Of a stretch of DNA of 34,345 nucleotides, positions 7,056 through 15,674 are shown piece after piece. This stretch comes from an uncultured Bacilli bacterium (GTDB lineage Bacteria; Bacillota_I; Bacilli_A; RF39; UBA660), in NCBI GenBank assembly GCA_947628375.1, contig CANQZQ010000003.1:1-34345 (forward strand), read 5' to 3'. A program made the translations under genes and the position numbers. Below the pieces are notes generated by a model. That model was given only the letters and a program-made list of their open reading frames with translations. It was not told where the DNA came from and did no database searches. Every line of letters starts with the position of its first letter. Position 1 is the first letter of the stretch.

Positions 7056-9275
7056 ATGAAGAATAAAAAGAAAACAATAATGTTAATAATGGTAATAACA
7101 ATATCTATGGTATTATTAACATATAATAAGAGTTATTCATATAAAATGAATGATAATGAACCAGAAGAAACAGAAATAGAAAGAAAAGAATTTGGAATAT
7201 ATTTACAAGAAAGTGGAGAAAATTATACAGAAACAGATACATTTCCAATTCAAGGATATTTATTAAATACAACAAAAACAGAATGCCATGAATATGGAAC
7301 TAATAATGTAATACAAAACGCTGTAACCCAAAGTTTAACAAATGGAGTAATAGATGGAAGTATCATAGTAACAAGTCAAAAGAGTATGTATTGTAAAATA
7401 TATTTTGATAAAGATGAGAAACCAACAGTAACTTCATTTAATATAGCAGGTAAAACATCAAGTGGAGATAGTTTAAGTAATGGATTTACATATAATACAG
7501 GAGTATATACAATAAATTGGAATGATGGAGACGTAGCACAATATTGTTTAAGCAATAGTAATAACTCATGTACAGATTGGCATGCATTAAATAAAAGTCA
7601 AAAAACGAGTAAAACCATAACAATAGAGAATAATACATATACAAATACAGAAGGCCCAAAAACAATATATGCATATATAAAAGATAAAGCAAATAATATA
7701 TCAAGTATAACATCTATTTCTACTGCAAATATAACAGTAGATCAAACACCACCCAAAGTAACATTAACATTAACTGGAACTAGTGCTAGTCCATTTGTTG
7801 TTACAAGTGGATATACCCATACAACAAAGGTTAATTATACATCGACTATAACAGAAACAAATCCAGAAAGTTATTGTGTAGGAGAAAATTCATGTAGCAA
7901 TTATAGTGCATCATCTTCAACATCAATAAGAGGTAATACAACGATAGCTAACACAGAAATACTCCATACAGTAATAATAAATGTAAAAGATAAAGCAGGA
8001 AATGTAGGAAGTAAAACTCAATCGATAATATTAGACACACAAAATCCAATAATAACATTAAGTAATGAAAAAGCAACAGAAACAAGTATAACAGTAACAG
8101 TAAATGCAAGTGATACTCATGGCATTGCTGGTATAACATGTACAGCAGTAGGAAATGGTGGAACAAAAACTGGAACATATACAAATAATACATGTATATT
8201 TAGTGATTTAAAAGATGGAACACAATATACAATAACAGGAGAGGCAACTGATGCGTCGGGAAGAAAAGGAACAAGTAATTCAATAAGTGTAACCACTGTA
8301 AAAGTAAAATTAACAAGAGAAAATATTCCAAGCAAATTATTTAATGGAGTTAATCCAAATGGATTAAGCGATAAATTATTAGGTGACATGTACAGGTTTG
8401 TAGGTACGAAAGATACAGTAGATAATTGGATATGCTTTGGATATAATAATATAAATACTGATTGTAAAGCAGAAACAAGTGATTATATGTATAGAATAAT
8501 AGGAATTACTGAAGATGGTCAACTAAAATTAATTAAAAATACAGTTATTAGAGAGGGGACAACTTATAATTATGGATGGTTTGGTAATAATACAGGAGAA
8601 ATAACATGGCCACAATCAGACATATATAAAAGATTAAACGGTCAGATGGCAGGAATTACACAAGGATCTAATGGAAATACCAATTTATTTATAGATAGTA
8701 CTACAAGTAATGTACAATATATAAAATCAAGTGGTACAGAAGAACAAACGAAATGGTATAACAAAATAGATATTAAACATAAGTGGTTATATGGAGGAAT
8801 TTATCATAATTACGTAGGCCAAACTGCTGATAATATATACAAAATAGAGTCAGGTCAATTAGAAACTGTACAATATTATGGAGAAAATCCTAGTAAATGG
8901 GCGGAAAGCATTGAGGCAGCTATAGGATTAATGTATATTAGTGATTATTATTATTCATATGTACCGTACATGGGCGGTGGGACGGATTCATCGAGTGTAA
9001 ATTGTCATGATGCTGGGTGTATTGGTAGCTGGCTTTTTCTAAGTAAAAATGGTGAAGGAATCCAAACAGAGGAGGTGTATGAGTGGACGATGACACGTGA
9101 TGGATTTCCGTCTTCTGATAGCCCGCACGCCCATGTAGTTGGACAGAGTGGGAGAATGTATTACTTCAATCGTGCGTGGTCCGCTTTTGTTCGACCGGCC
9201 TTCTATCTTTACTCTAATATAAAAATAATTGATGGAAGCGGTGTTTCATCAGATCCATTTATAATCGCAGCATAA
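7056..9275 (+). CDS. Exported modular protein: signal/anchor, two Ig-like repeats, FN3-like domain, C-terminal DUF6273/C-type-lectin-like domain
   Basis: Basic+hydrophobic N-terminus; repeats YC...C...KDKANN...DQTPP and YC...C...KDKAGN...DTQNP about 100 aa apart; TETSITV...LKDGTQYTI; C-terminal YRIIGI...IGLMYISDY...EWTMTR...VRPAFYL...DPFII. Confidence 0.75.
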   Translation: MKNKKKTIMLIMVITISMVLLTYNKSYSYKMNDNEPEETEIERKEFGIYLQESGENYTETDTFPIQGYLLNTTKTECHEYGTNNVIQNAVTQSLTNGVIDGSIIVTSQKSMYCKIYFDKDEKPTVTSFNIAGKTSSGDSLSNGFTYNTGVYTINWNDGDVAQYCLSNSNNSCTDWHALNKSQKTSKTITIENNTYTNTEGPKTIYAYIKDKANNISSITSISTANITVDQTPPKVTLTLTGTSASPFVVTSGYTHTTKVNYTSTITETNPESYCVGENSCSNYSASSSTSIRGNTTIANTEILHTVIINVKDKAGNVGSKTQSIILDTQNPIITLSNEKATETSITVTVNASDTHGIAGITCTAVGNGGTKTGTYTNNTCIFSDLKDGTQYTITGEATDASGRKGTSNSISVTTVKVKLTRENIPSKLFNGVNPNGLSDKLLGDMYRFVGTKDTVDNWICFGYNNINTDCKAETSDYMYRIIGITEDGQLKLIKNTVIREGTTYNYGWFGNNTGEITWPQSDIYKRLNGQMAGITQGSNGNTNLFIDSTTSNVQYIKSSGTEEQTKWYNKIDIKHKWLYGGIYHNYVGQTADNIYKIESGQLETVQYYGENPSKWAESIEAAIGLMYISDYYYSYVPYMGGGTDSSSVNCHDAGCIGSWLFLSKNGEGIQTEEVYEWTMTRDGFPSSDSPHAHVVGQSGRMYYFNRAWSAFVRPAFYLYSNIKIIDGSGVSSDPFIIAA

Positions 9276-9323
9276 AAAATCGTCAAGGAAAAGACGTTAA
9301 AACCTTCATAGACTTAATCCTTG

Positions 9324-9347
9324 GGAAGAGAATTATCTCTTCCTTTT
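9324..9347 (+). terminator. Intrinsic terminator
   Basis: GGAAGAGA-ATTA-TCTCTTCC then TTTT. Confidence 0.8.
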
Positions 9348-9395
9348 GATTTATATTTATGCTATAATTTAAAAAGAATAAGAGTAAAGGGTATT

Positions 9396-10865
9396 ATGGA
9401 AAAAAAAGGACAAAATAAAAATATTATTTTTAAATTTTTAGGTAATGTAGTAAATGTTATAATATCTATTTTTTCTTATGCTATTCTTGGAATTAAAGTA
9501 TGTACAATTATTCCTTTAAAAAAACTTTTTAAACATAATAAAGATAATAAAGCATATCATTATAGTCCTAAAACATTAGCTAAATTAAATAAAGAATATG
9601 AAGAACTACTTGAAGATTTGAAAACTGAAGGGGCAACCAGAAGTAAAAAAGTAAATACTTATTATTATAAAGTGCGTTATAAAAATGGCAAAATTAAAAA
9701 AGGTAAAATGAATGGTTTCAGTAAACTTGATATTAATTCATTTTTAGTTAATGAAGGATATACAGTCTATAGTATTAAAACTAATACTTTGATAAATATA
9801 TTAAATAAAGATATTGGTAATAATAGTTTAAAAAATAGTGATTTAGTGTTCTTTTTAACTCAACTATCTACTTATTTAGAGTCTGGGCTACCTTTAAATG
9901 ATGCCATCAAAATATTAGGACGTCAAATGAAAGGAAGCAATTTAAAAAAAGTATTTAAAACTTTATCTTTTGAAATATCTTTAGGTTCTTCCTTTTCAAG
10001 TGCTTTAGAAAAGCTTGATGGGATGTTTCCCACTTTAGTTATAAATATGGTTAGAGCTAGTGAATCAAGTGGAACATTAATCGAAACATTAAAAGATTTA
10101 GCTATCTATTATAAAGAAATAGATGAAACTCATCGTGATACAATTAGTGCTTTAACATATCCTGCTATAGTTAGTGTTTTTGCTATTGGCGTTATTATCT
10201 TTATTCTTACTTTTATTATTCCTGAATTTGTTAAAACTTATAATTCAAGTAATATTGAATTAAATTCTTTTACGCAATTTGTTATTAATTTAAGTAATTA
10301 TTTTGAACAAAATATTTTTAATTTTTTATTCATTGTTATATTTATCGTTTTAATATTTATTATTCTTTATAAAAATGTTAAAGAATTTAAGAAATTTATT
10401 CAAACAATTCTAATGCATTTGCCAATTATTAAAAATGTTATTATTTATAATGAACTGGCGGTTATAACTAAAACTTTTGCTTCTCTTTTAAAAAATAATG
10501 TTTTTATTACTGATAGTATGGATATTTTAGCTAAAATTACTAATAATGAAATTTATAAAGAAATATTAGAAAACACTTATGAAAATGTTACTAAGGGTGA
10601 AAAGATTTCTACAGCTTTTAAAGACCATTGGGCTGTTCCTGAGGTTTGCTATTTTATGATAACAACTGGTGAATCAACAGGGGAATTAGCAGAAATGATG
10701 GAAAGAATAAGTAATTATTATCAAAGCCTACATAAAAGTATTGTTAAAAATTTAAAAACGCTTATTGAACCAATTTTAATTGCTTTTTTAGCTATTGTTG
10801 TTGGCGGTATATTAATTGCTGTTGTAGTACCAATGTTTCAAATGTATGGGGAGATGATGGAATGA
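9396..10865 (+). CDS. pilC: Type IV pilus/T2SS platform protein (PilC/GspF/ComGB family)
   Basis: QLSTYLESGLPL, VRASESSGTL, ALTYP, GESTGELAEMM, LIEPILI...VVPMF (two T2SSF domains). Start moved to ATG 9396 (AAAGGG SD; TGnTATAAT at 9360-9368). Confidence 0.9.
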   Translation: MEKKGQNKNIIFKFLGNVVNVIISIFSYAILGIKVCTIIPLKKLFKHNKDNKAYHYSPKTLAKLNKEYEELLEDLKTEGATRSKKVNTYYYKVRYKNGKIKKGKMNGFSKLDINSFLVNEGYTVYSIKTNTLINILNKDIGNNSLKNSDLVFFLTQLSTYLESGLPLNDAIKILGRQMKGSNLKKVFKTLSFEISLGSSFSSALEKLDGMFPTLVINMVRASESSGTLIETLKDLAIYYKEIDETHRDTISALTYPAIVSVFAIGVIIFILTFIIPEFVKTYNSSNIELNSFTQFVINLSNYFEQNIFNFLFIVIFIVLIFIILYKNVKEFKKFIQTILMHLPIIKNVIIYNELAVITKTFASLLKNNVFITDSMDILAKITNNEIYKEILENTYENVTKGEKISTAFKDHWAVPEVCYFMITTGESTGELAEMMERISNYYQSLHKSIVKNLKTLIEPILIAFLAIVVGGILIAVVVPMFQMYGEMME

Positions 10866-11623
10866 TTTATTTATTAATCTTATTAATTGGAGCCGTTATG
10901 GGTTCTTTCTATTTATGTATAGGGACGAGATTACCTCTTAAAAAAAGCATTTTAGGAAGAAGTGAATGCGATAATTGTCATGAAAAATTAAATTGGTATG
11001 AATTAATACCTATATTTTCTTATTTGTTTTTAAGAGGTAAATGTCATCATTGCCATAAGAAAATCAGCTTTGAATATTTTATTATTGAATTAATGACCTC
11101 TCTTTTATTTTTAGTTGGTTATCTCCATTTTGGTTTAAATATTCAATATTATATTTATTTAGTTATTGTCTCATGTGCTATCGTTATTTTTATTACGGAC
11201 TTTAAATATATGGTTATTTTAGATTCGACTTTAATTATAAGTAGTGTATTAATAATTATTTTAAAATATTTTGAAATAGGTTTTAAAAATACTTTATGGG
11301 CTATCCTTTTTGGTATATGTTTATTTTTTACAATGTATTTAATTAGATTATTTGGGAATTTTTTATTTAAAAGAGAATCTCTTGGGGGCGGAGATATTAA
11401 ATTAGCATTCTTAATTGGTCTTACTATAGGATATCCCATTATTGGCTATGAAATGGGACTAATATGTCTTATCTTTGCGGCTTTTTTAGCTCTTCCATAT
11501 GCCATTGCCGTTTTATATTTAAACAAAAAAAATGAACTACCCTATGGTCCATTTTTAATTGCTTCTTTAGTTATTATGTTTGTCTTTTATGATAAATTTT
11601 ACAATCTATTAGTCTTTTTTTAA
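10862..11623 (+). CDS. pilD: Prepilin peptidase (A24; PilD/ComC)
   Basis: GSF...RLP, RSECDNC...KCHHC, ITDFKY, GGGDIKL, LPYGPFL. Confidence 0.93.
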   Translation: MIYLLILLIGAVMGSFYLCIGTRLPLKKSILGRSECDNCHEKLNWYELIPIFSYLFLRGKCHHCHKKISFEYFIIELMTSLLFLVGYLHFGLNIQYYIYLVIVSCAIVIFITDFKYMVILDSTLIISSVLIIILKYFEIGFKNTLWAILFGICLFFTMYLIRLFGNFLFKRESLGGGDIKLAFLIGLTIGYPIIGYEMGLICLIFAAFLALPYAIAVLYLNKKNELPYGPFLIASLVIMFVFYDKFYNLLVFF

Positions 11624-11721
11624 AGTACTGCAATGATATAAGCTAAAATAGCAGCGATAACACTTAAGATCATAAGAATTAACATAATCCAAACTACTAA
11701 TTTTCTTGTTTTCTTTTTCAT
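11620..11721 (-). CDS. 33-aa single-TM mini-protein (DUF4044/Prli42-like), not in ORF track
   Basis: MKKKTRKLVVWIMLILMILSVIAAILAYIIAVL* preceded by GAAGGGA SD. Confidence 0.7.
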   Translation of the reverse strand: MKKKTRKLVVWIMLILMILSVIAAILAYIIAVL

Positions 11722-11805
11722 AATACATCCCTTCAACATCTAAAAATATATCATACTTTATTCATTTTTAAAAGTCTTTTTGCATAATCTTTAGGGGAGG
11801 ATATT

Positions 11806-12381
11806 ATGCTTAATCTTATAAAGAAGAATAAAAAGTACTTAGTTTTTATGGTTAGTATTGTTTTAATTGGCCTAATAGTGGGCATAATTTACTATTATAT
11901 ACAAAGTAGTAACGTTAAAAATAATATTATTAATATTATATCCACCTATGATAGTTTTAAATATAATGCTATTATTAAAGATTTAATAATTATGTCTTTA
12001 TTATTAATTTCTTCCTTCTTTATTATTGGTCTGCCACTTTCTATATTTTATATATTTTATGAAGGATTCTCAATTGGCTTTTTATTAAGCTTATTTTTTG
12101 CTTCTTTTAAAATTAAAGGAGTTATTTATCTTTTATTATTTCTTTTAATTAATAAAATTATCATCTTTATTTTAATGTTTTTCTTTATCCAAAAAATAAT
12201 TAATATTGCTAGATATATGATTGGTTATATTATCTATAAAAAAGAAGGATTAATTAAAGAAAAAATTATTAAAAATTTTATTTCCAGTTTGTCATATATT
12301 ATTATTGTTTTTTTCCTAAATATCTTTCTTTATTTTTTATCTTCCTTTTTATTTAAAGAATTAGCTTTTTTATTACATTAA
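11806..12381 (+). CDS. spoIIM: Stage II sporulation protein M-like membrane protein
   Basis: IGLPLSIFYIFYEGFSIGF matches the SpoIIM GxP...GF.VGF motif; size and TM pattern fit; strong SD GGGGAGG. Confidence 0.65.
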   Translation: MLNLIKKNKKYLVFMVSIVLIGLIVGIIYYYIQSSNVKNNIINIISTYDSFKYNAIIKDLIIMSLLLISSFFIIGLPLSIFYIFYEGFSIGFLLSLFFASFKIKGVIYLLLFLLINKIIIFILMFFFIQKIINIARYMIGYIIYKKEGLIKEKIIKNFISSLSYIIIVFFLNIFLYFLSSFLFKELAFLLH

Positions 12382-12393
12382 ATGCAAGGTTAC

Positions 12394-12422
12394 TTGCAAA
12401 TGCATATGACATTTGATAAAAT
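12394..12422 (+). promoter_or_regulatory. sigmaA promoter of the ireB operon
   Basis: TTGCAA (12394-12399), 17 bp, TAAAAT (12417-12422), extended TG. Confidence 0.65.
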
Positions 12423-12440
12423 TGAATTGGTGAAGTTCCA

Positions 12441-12683
12441 ATGGATAAAACAAGTATTTTTGATGTTGCTGCTTTAAGGCAAGAATTAATATTAATTACT
12501 TTAAATGAAATAATTGACTCTTTAGAAAAAAAAGGATATAAAGCTGAAAATCAATTAGTTGGTTATCTTTTAACTGGTGATGCGGCTTATATCTCTAATT
12601 ATGAAGGAGCAAGAGAAAAGATTAAATCTTTAAAAAGAGAAGAAATTCTTTTAGCTTTAATCAATTCTTATGAAGGAAAATAA
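12441..12683 (+). CDS. ireB: IreB/ReoM-family regulatory phosphoprotein
   Basis: MDKTSIF, LEKKGY...NQLVGYLLTGDAAYI...GAREKI; precedes ruvX. Confidence 0.88.
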   Translation: MDKTSIFDVAALRQELILITLNEIIDSLEKKGYKAENQLVGYLLTGDAAYISNYEGAREKIKSLKREEILLALINSYEGK

Positions 12684-13114
12684 TGCGAATTTTAGGTTTA
12701 GATTTAGGATTAAAAAGTTTAGGAGTAGCTATTACAGATAAATCCAATACTTTAGTAAGACCCTATAAAGTTATAAAATTTCAATCTGAAGATTATGAGT
12801 ATGCTTTAAATGAAGTAAAAAAAATAGTCGAAGAAGAAGGGATAGATAAAGTAGTTTTAGGCCTTCCCAAAAATATGGATGGTTCCATAGGTTTTGCCGG
12901 AGAAAGAAGTCTTAATTTTCAAAAAATGTTAGAAAATGCTCATATTGAAGTAATTTTAGAAGATGAAAGGCTTACTACTAAAAGTGCTGAAAATATTATT
13001 CATGAGAACAATGAAAATATTAAAAATACTAAATCTAAAATTGACGCTATTGCGGCTTCTATTATTTTAGAATCTTATTTAAGAAGGTGTAGTAATGATA
13101 TTAAGAAATTCTAA
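12683..13114 (+). CDS. ruvX: RuvX/YqgF pre-16S rRNA nuclease
   Basis: MRILGLDLG, VVLGLPKNMDGS, DERLTT, IDAIAASIILESYL. Confidence 0.95.
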   Translation: MRILGLDLGLKSLGVAITDKSNTLVRPYKVIKFQSEDYEYALNEVKKIVEEEGIDKVVLGLPKNMDGSIGFAGERSLNFQKMLENAHIEVILEDERLTTKSAENIIHENNENIKNTKSKIDAIAASIILESYLRRCSNDIKKF

Positions 13115-13301
13115 GGGACAAGAAAGAAATTTTAAAATTCTTTTTAAAATTGAACAAAATAATAATTGCTATTATATTTATGAAGATTATTTAACTAGTC
13201 GTTGTTATGTTGGTAAAAAAGATTGTGATAAATTAAAAAAAATTAATAATGAAGAAATGACACTTATAAAAGCGTTATTAGAAAAGGTAAATGAAGAATG
13301 A
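13095..13301 (+). CDS. Small DUF1292 (YrzB)-like protein
   Basis: Position between ruvX and mltG; F.ILF.IE.NN..Y.IY pattern. Confidence 0.5.
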   Translation: MILRNSKGQERNFKILFKIEQNNNCYYIYEDYLTSRCYVGKKDCDKLKKINNEEMTLIKALLEKVNEE

Positions 13302-14314
13302 AAAAGGTTGTAATCGTTTTAGCTAGTATTATATTAGTTATTGGCCTAATTATTGGCTTATATTTTTATGGTTTAACAGGATTTAAGGAAAAAGATTTAG
13401 TTATTTTTACCGTTAGAAGTGGCGCTAGCAAAAAAGAAGTAATCAATAACTTATATGAAAATAAACTTATTAAAAGCAAGTTTGCTGGTCTTATTTATAT
13501 TTATTTACATGATGATTTAACTGTTTATCCAGGAACATATGAATTATCTAAAGATATGGGCTTAGTAAAAATTCTTAAAAACTTAAGAACAAGTGAAGAA
13601 TATCAAATTACTTTAGTTGAAGGTAAACGTTTTATTGATTATATTGATAAAATATGTGAATTAGGTAATTTTAATAAAGAAGAAGTTTTAGCTAAGTTAA
13701 GTAATGAAGATTATTTAGAAAGTTTAATTGAAAAATATGATTTTTTAGATGAAAGTATTCTAAATAAAGACTTATATTATCCATTAGAAGGTTATTTATT
13801 TCCTGATACATATAATATAACTAAAGGATCATCAATTGAAGCAATAATTGAAAAAATACTTGATAAAACGGAAGATTTATTAGATAATTATAATGCTATG
13901 TTTAAAGAAAGCGATTATAGTTATCATGAAATTTTAACCATAGCTAGCATTATTGAAAATGAGACAATATATAGTGAAGATAGAAGTGTAGTTAGCGAAG
14001 TTATATACAAAAGATTAAATATAAATATGAGTTTAGGAATGGATGTCACAACCTATTATGGGGCAAAGAAAGATTTAAAAGAAGAGCTTACCCAAGAAGA
14101 TATAAATGATGAAAATCCTTATAATACAAGATTATTATCCTTTATTGGGTTACCTGTTGGACCTATTTGTAATCCCGGGGAAGAAAGTATAAAAGCGGCT
14201 TTAGAGCCAAGTGATGATGATTATGTCTATTTCTATGCTGATAAAGATGGTAAACTACATTTTGCTAAAACTTATGCTGAACATCAAAATAATGTAGAAA
14301 AATATAGGTGGTAA
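13298..14314 (+). CDS. mltG: Endolytic transglycosylase MltG
   Basis: LEGYLFPDTY, ASIIENE, NPYNT, GLPVGPICNPG, YFYAD. Confidence 0.94.
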   Translation: MKKVVIVLASIILVIGLIIGLYFYGLTGFKEKDLVIFTVRSGASKKEVINNLYENKLIKSKFAGLIYIYLHDDLTVYPGTYELSKDMGLVKILKNLRTSEEYQITLVEGKRFIDYIDKICELGNFNKEEVLAKLSNEDYLESLIEKYDFLDESILNKDLYYPLEGYLFPDTYNITKGSSIEAIIEKILDKTEDLLDNYNAMFKESDYSYHEILTIASIIENETIYSEDRSVVSEVIYKRLNINMSLGMDVTTYYGAKKDLKEELTQEDINDENPYNTRLLSFIGLPVGPICNPGEESIKAALEPSDDDYVYFYADKDGKLHFAKTYAEHQNNVEKYRW

Positions 14315-14317
14315 ATA

Positions 14318-14914
14318 ATGAAAGATAAAATAATTGAAATGGAAAATTATGCGCAAGAAAAAAATGTTCCGATTATTGAGAAAAAATCGATTGCGTTTAT
14401 AATGAAATATATTAAAGAACATAATGTCAAAAATGTCTTAGAAATTGGTACAGCGATAGGTTATTCAGCTATTTTAATGGCTAGCTGTAAAGAAGATTGT
14501 TTTGTAACCACTATTGAAAGAGATGAAGAAAGATATATGGAAGCTTTAAAAAATGTTAAAGCTTGTGGTTTAGATAAAAAAATCAATGTGGTTTTCCAAG
14601 ACGCTTTAGATGTTAATTTATCAAATGAAATTAAATATGATTTAATTTTTATAGATGCTGCTAAAGCTCAAAACACTAAGCTTTTTGAAAAGTATAAATA
14701 CTTTTTAAAAGATAACGGAACAATAATTACAGATAATTTGAAATTTCATGGTTATGTCGGTAATAGTGATAAAATAGAAAGCAAAAGCTTAAAAAGCCTT
14801 GTTAGTAAAATTGAAGAATATATTGAATTTTTAAAGAATAATCAAGAATTTAAGACTGTTTTCTATGATATTGGTGATGGTCTTTCAGTAAGTAATTGGA
14901 AAAATGAAGAATAA
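14318..14914 (+). CDS. trmR: O-methyltransferase, YrrM/TrmR family
   Basis: VLEIGTAIGYSA, DLIFIDAAKAQ, IITDN, IGDGL; yrrM synteny. Confidence 0.8.
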   Translation: MKDKIIEMENYAQEKNVPIIEKKSIAFIMKYIKEHNVKNVLEIGTAIGYSAILMASCKEDCFVTTIERDEERYMEALKNVKACGLDKKINVVFQDALDVNLSNEIKYDLIFIDAAKAQNTKLFEKYKYFLKDNGTIITDNLKFHGYVGNSDKIESKSLKSLVSKIEEYIEFLKNNQEFKTVFYDIGDGLSVSNWKNEE

Positions 14915-15674
14915 AATAATTATTACAATTAATAATTTGGATGATCGCGATTTTTATCAAAAATTAGGCATTAACAATTTTGCTTATCCTTTAAAGGATT
15001 TTTGCGTTGGCATGCCTAATACTTTTTTAATTACTGAAATTCCCCAAGATAGTTATTTATTTATTAATCGTATTTTAGATAATACAGCCGTTGATAATTT
15101 AAAAAATATTTTAATTTCTAATATTAAGGGAATTATTTTTGATGATTTAGGTGTTTTAGAATTAATTAAAGATTTAAAAATTGAAAAAATTCTTTATTTA
15201 AGCCATTTTAATACTAATAGTGAATCAATAAAAATCTATTTAGAATATGTTGATTCTGTTATTATCTCATCAGATCTTACTAAAGACGAAATAACTTTTA
15301 TAAATAATAATTTTAAAGGTCAATTAACAATTTATGCCCTTGGTTATTTACCTAGTATGTATTCAAGAAGATTGCTTTTAGATAATTATTGTAAATTTTA
15401 TCATATTCCTTATAAAAATCCTTTAATGATTGAAAATACCAATCAAAAATTTTTATTGTATGAAAATGAATATGGAACTGTATTTTATCATTATCCCTTA
15501 TTTAATGGCTTATGTTTAATGGATTTAGATGCTAAATATTATTTTATTAATACATCCTTTTTAACAAAAGAAAATATATTTAAGTTATTAGATGGTACAT
15601 ATAAAGAAGAAACTGATTTAGGATTCTTATATAAAGAAACAATTTATAAACTAAAGGAGGATCAAAATGACTGA
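14904..15674 (+). CDS. Peptidase U32-family small subunit (YrrN-like, tRNA hydroxylation)
   Basis: GIIFDDLG, MYSRRLLL, ENEYGT; between yrrM- and yrrO-like genes. Confidence 0.75.
   Translation: MKNKIIITINNLDDRDFYQKLGINNFAYPLKDFCVGMPNTFLITEIPQDSYLFINRILDNTAVDNLKNILISNIKGIIFDDLGVLELIKDLKIEKILYLSHFNTNSESIKIYLEYVDSVIISSDLTKDEITFINNNFKGQLTIYALGYLPSMYSRRLLLDNYCKFYHIPYKNPLMIENTNQKFLLYENEYGTVFYHYPLFNGLCLMDLDAKYYFINTSFLTKENIFKLLDGTYKEETDLGFLYKETIYKLKEDQND

Noticed and set aside
7486-8389. Minus-strand L/Y-rich ORFs (7486-7713, 7948-8193, 8117-8389; also 25204-25428)
   Set aside because: Shadows of the A-rich codon bias of the + strand genes; low complexity, fully overlapping real CDS.
9081-9208. One paralog tip acting as DGR template for the other
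   Set aside because: Both are coding, differ in length and at non-adenine positions, and cannot be aligned upstream of VRP.
9321-9395. TTG start for pilC from the ORF track
   Set aside because: Overlaps the upstream terminator and the promoter; ATG 9396 has an SD.
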